From positions 1 to 37,249 of the IMG/VR virus record IMGVR_UViG_3300044984_000814: a stretch of 37,249 bases of DNA; one strand, written 5' to 3'. Position 1 is the stretch's first letter. Each line of letters starts with the position of its first letter. The stretch is from a virus. The position numbers were made by a program, and so were the translations under genes. Positions 34,498 to 37,249 of this stretch are shown in pieces. Under the pieces are notes generated by a model that made no database searches, was not told where the DNA came from, and saw only the letters and a program-made list of their open reading frames with translations.

Positions 34498-34757
34498 TAC
34501 GCGTAGTAAACGATAACCACACCGGATGTCAGGACCACAGAGCTGAAATCACCACCAATACCCAAGCCAGCCGGAAGGGTAATGGTCTGCAGCCGCGATG
34601 CACCAGTAATGCTGCCGGATGCACTCGCAACAGTCGCCAATACAGCGTCATTCACAACCTGAATCCATCGGATCTTGCCTGTGTAAGTAGTTGCAGCAGC
34701 AGAAAGCACAATGCCTCCACCTTGACCTTGTAAATCCCAACTAATTGCGCTTGCCAT
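34497..34757 (-). CDS. Hypothetical virion-module protein (86 aa), first gene of the late block
   Basis: First ATG (34757) in track ORF 34497-34790. The stop overlaps the next start (TAATG). Confidence 0.45.
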   Translation of the reverse strand: MASAISWDLQGQGGGIVLSAAATTYTGKIRWIQVVNDAVLATVASASGSITGASRLQTITLPAGLGIGGDFSSVVLTSGVVIVYYA

Positions 34758-34802
34758 AAATAAGTAAAGTGTCACCAATGCAATATACAATGGTTCAGCC
34801 GG

Positions 34803-34830
34803 AAACTACCAGATATCTTACCGTTGTCAA
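34803..34830 (-). promoter_or_regulatory. Candidate sigma70-like promoter for the late block (TTGACA-N16-TAGTTT)
   Basis: The minus strand reads TTGACA (34830-34825), a 16-nt spacer, then TAGTTT (34808-34803), about 45 nt upstream of ATG 34757. The host promoter type is unknown, so this is weak. Confidence 0.3.
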
Positions 34831-34979
34831 CTACATTCTGCAATAGGCCCCCTTTAGCCATTTTTAAAAAATTGATGCCGTCACTATATTCAAAGGCCCC
34901 GTTGAGAAATAATTCCTTTGGCGACTAGACCGCTTGAGGTGTTCGCCCGACCACCGGATGCGATCCCCCCCGCCCCCTA

Positions 34980-35209
34980 TTGCACATGACTTGCAATTGC
35001 ACGTGACTTGCGAATGAACCGCTTGTTGCGAATGAGTCTCAATATCGAATGAAACGCTTGTTTGAAACGCCCGCTTGTTGAGTAAGATGATCAACTTGGT
35101 AAGGTAACGCGTGCGCCTATTTAAACGATCGTTTGAAACGCGTGATTGGATACGTGGTGCGGTCCGGTGCGACATGCCAACACTTGTTTGAATCGCCTGC
35201 TTGAATCGG
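34980..35209. repeat. Cluster of iteron-like direct repeats in the ORF-poor control region
   Basis: TTGCACATGACTTGC (34980-34994) and TTGCACGTGACTTGC (34997-35011). GAATGAACCGCTTGTTGC (35012-35029) and GAATGAAACGCTTGTTTG (35047-35064). CGCTTGTTG again at 35072-35080. GTTTGAAACGC at 35060-35070 and 35131-35141. CTTGTTTGAATCGC at 35183-35196 and CTTGAATCGG at 35200-35209. Confidence 0.7.
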
Positions 35210-36068
35210 ATGTTTGCCGTGGTGTCGTCGCTTGCTTACAGATGCACATTTGTTGCGTTTGTGCATTGCCGTGCCAAGTGACAAGTTAGAGATGCGTTAG
35301 ATGAAAATCGCTTTGAATTGTCGCCCGGTAGGTGAGTGCCATATCAGTGTCCGACGCGCAGAATAGGCATCCTAGAGCTATACTCGGATTATCGACAAAC
35401 TACGGTGCTTGACATGGTTAGCCAATACGTGGTTAAAATCCTGCGGAGCAAAGAAGGAGACAAGGTTCGTAATCGTTCGGCGTAACGGAGTGAAGCCGGT
35501 ACAGGGTTTCCCCCCGACATTATATATCGTAAGTCGGAGCGGAGCGGAGACGGTACAGGTACACAAGCCGAAGATGATCACTGTCATAAGTATTAGTACG
35601 TACGCGTTAGTAATATTGTACGGGGCGGGGCAATGGATTCTGAGGTGATTCTGACGCAATCCAATACAATCCAACCAATCAAAACAAACAAACTGCGGAG
35701 GTTGACGGCATGGTCCTCTGGTTATTTGTACGCTTTGTACGGGGTTTTGGCGTGCGAAGGGCGTACGGTGGGATTCTGTCCATGCTCTGGGATTGGCTTG
35801 TTTACTAGGTTTCTTGTCTCTTGTTAGGGTATTTTCAGTTTTGCATCAGAAAGTTGTCGACAATCTCCGGGCATGTTTTATTGTCTCCCCAGTTGAGCGT
35901 CCTACCCGCCAATTGATCAATCAGGTCCAACCCCTGATTTCCGTAATGCGCGAATTGACTCGGAACGCGCCGTCCCACCGATCTGGGGATTAATGCAGCA
36001 GGATTACACCCTTCCGTCACAAGCCGGGGAAAATGCAGAGTGATCAAAAAACAAAACAAATTGAAACT

Positions 36069-36266
36069 ATGAACGAAAACTATAAAGCCATGCAATCCGC
36101 CGTTTCAACACACCGCCGCGCCTACTCCATCCTTGAAAACGGAACCGCCGTCTCCGGACTCTTCGCTATTGGCACCGTATTCAATACCCAATGGGGGCCG
36201 CGAAAAGTCGTATCCACTCACGTCGAGATTCTGGACATCACGCCAGACTGTCCTCATGGATGCTAG
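36069..36266 (+). CDS. Hypothetical early protein (65 aa)
   Basis: ATG 36069 follows aaaaaacaaaacaaattgaaact, the genome-typical A/C-rich leader. In-frame ATG 36033 is an alternative start. Confidence 0.45.
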   Translation: MNENYKAMQSAVSTHRRAYSILENGTAVSGLFAIGTVFNTQWGPRKVVSTHVEILDITPDCPHGC

Positions 36267-36302
36267 GCCCACGGCCAACCAACCAATCAACCAACCACAA
36301 CG

Positions 36303-36452
36303 ATGAAAACAAAAACGCTCGCCAAACTCCATGCCCTATTTTCGGAACTCGATTGTGATCTCGAGATCGGCCTTGCATATGCAATTGCCGAAACATTTCG
36401 CACCTCTCCCGCTGTAATCTTTGCTGCGTATGAAGATTGGCAAATCGCCTAA
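36303..36452 (+). CDS. Hypothetical small protein (49 aa), absent from the ORF track
   Basis: Hand translation gives MKTKTLAKLHALFSELDCDLEIGLAYAIAETFRTSPAVIFAAYEDWQIA. The ATG follows caaccacaacg. Confidence 0.45.
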   Translation: MKTKTLAKLHALFSELDCDLEIGLAYAIAETFRTSPAVIFAAYEDWQIA

Positions 36453-36508
36453 AACAATCCAAGCGGTTCCATCCCGCTTAACCCACAAAACAACGAAACA
36501 AAACAACG

Positions 36509-36733
36509 ATGAAAACAGAAAACGAAAAAATTGAGTCAATCTTGAATCACAGAAACTGGACGGGGCTCTCGCTCGCAGAACTGGTTGACTCCGGGAGAAT
36601 CTCCCCAAGTGAACCTAAGGTGATCTGGTCATTTACAACAGCTGTTCTCGGTGACCCTGCAAACATGGACGAATGGCGGGAAATGAGGAAGATTGACAAG
36701 ATTGTCTCTGAAAAACTCGCTAAACTCGCCTAG
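36509..36733 (+). CDS. Hypothetical protein (74 aa)
   Basis: ATG follows aacaacgaaacaaaacaacg. Confidence 0.5.
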   Translation: MKTENEKIESILNHRNWTGLSLAELVDSGRISPSEPKVIWSFTTAVLGDPANMDEWREMRKIDKIVSEKLAKLA

Positions 36734-36735
36734 TC

Positions 36736-36752
36736 CACACACACACACACAC
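36736..36752. repeat. (CA)8C dinucleotide repeat filling the intergenic spacer
   Basis: cacacacacacacacac lies between the stop at 36733 and ATG 36754. Confidence 0.9.
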
Positions 36753-36753
36753 T

Positions 36754-37050
36754 ATGAAAACACACGTTACCATTGCATTCTGCGGCAATTTCCGCCCGCT
36801 TCACATCGAATCTGAAACGATAGCAGAGGCCGTCAAGGAAGCCGTAAGGCGCGTTTCCTGCCCGGCCATTAGCAAGACGCTTCAAACGCTGCACAGTGAC
36901 TTCACAAGGCAAAGGAAGGCCGGGATTGGACTTGTTTCTGCATGCTCGGAACATGGGACGGTATCCGTGAGAATCGCAGAATATCCACGCGATACATGGC
37001 TTGATCAAATCACCGAATCCATGCCGGAAAATCCACTAATTACATACTAA
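36754..37050 (+). CDS. Hypothetical protein (98 aa)
   Basis: Co-oriented ORF. No family recognised. Confidence 0.5.
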   Translation: MKTHVTIAFCGNFRPLHIESETIAEAVKEAVRRVSCPAISKTLQTLHSDFTRQRKAGIGLVSACSEHGTVSVRIAEYPRDTWLDQITESMPENPLITY

Positions 37051-37056
37051 ACCATC

Positions 37057-37203
37057 ATGCAATCCTCCATTTTCATCATCGCCGCCGTGGCATTCCTTGG
37101 CCTGTCTGCTATATTCGGCATCCGCAAAGCCCCGGGAATCCTATTAGGCATTGCCGCCACGCTTTCCGCCGCTTGGATTGTCGCCACAATTCTCACCGCC
37201 TGA
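37057..37203 (+). CDS. Small two-segment hydrophobic membrane protein (48 aa) running into the terminal repeat
   Basis: Hand translation gives MQSSIFIIAAVAFLGLSAIFGIRKAPGILLGIAATLSAAWIVATILTA. The last 81 nt are duplicated at 1-81. Confidence 0.45.
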   Translation: MQSSIFIIAAVAFLGLSAIFGIRKAPGILLGIAATLSAAWIVATILTA

Positions 37204-37249
37204 AACAATTAGATTTTTAATCTTGATTGTCGGCATCTTGTCGTCAATC
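37123..37249. repeat. Exact 127-bp terminal duplication, right copy
   Basis: Identical to bases 1-127. Confidence 0.95.

Noticed and set aside
34980-35209. Possible CRISPR array, given the direct repeats.
   Set aside because: The repeats are 9-18 nt, degenerate, irregularly spaced and partly contiguous. There is no repeat-spacer periodicity of about 60-70 nt and no cas genes.
34864-36095. Six short track ORFs inside the control region (34864-35175, 35378-35674, 35409-35648, 35633-35827, 35793-35993, 35835-36095).
   Set aside because: They overlap one another on both strands, lack the A/C-rich leaders and ATGA coupling seen elsewhere, and translate to implausible Arg/Cys/Ser-rich peptides. 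I treat the region as non-coding pending codon-periodicity or homology tests.

Overview
The window appears to be a complete tailed dsDNA phage genome. Bases 1-127 are identical to 37123-37249, so the unique length is 37,122 bp and the contig closes into a circle. There are two gene blocks. A plus-strand early/replication block runs from about 36069 across the junction to 10695. It encodes a DnaA-domain-IV-like HTH protein, RecT, a PD-(D/E)XK exonuclease, an SSB-like protein, a RuvC-like resolvase, a DUF5664-type NTP pyrophosphohydrolase, a PAPS-reductase-family PP-loop protein and a DnaC-like loader. A minus-strand late block runs from 34757 down to 11057. It encodes a large beta-rich tail protein, a tail fibre, three large internal-virion-type proteins, TerS, TerL, portal, scaffold, an SU10-type major capsid protein, a second fibre, a lysis cassette, a metallophosphatase and a wHTH protein. 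I found no tail tube, sheath or tape-measure set, so the layout looks podovirus-like. I also found no integrase, DNA polymerase, RNA polymerase or convincing tRNA. Genes are tightly packed, many junctions are ATGA overlaps, and start codons follow A/C-rich SD-less leaders. The host cannot be named from the sequence. The main finding is in TerL. Its Walker A loop is split by a class-1 Hint intein at 23057-23998. The usual endonuclease position of that intein holds an HTH+HNH homing-endonuclease gene on the opposite strand (23188-23934), while the TerL sense frame stays stop-free through all 249 overlapping codons. Other points worth a second look are a 1.27-kb ORF-poor control region (34758-36032) with iteron-like repeats, a four-gene translationally coupled lysis cassette containing DUF1353, and a strong intrinsic terminator inside the late operon.
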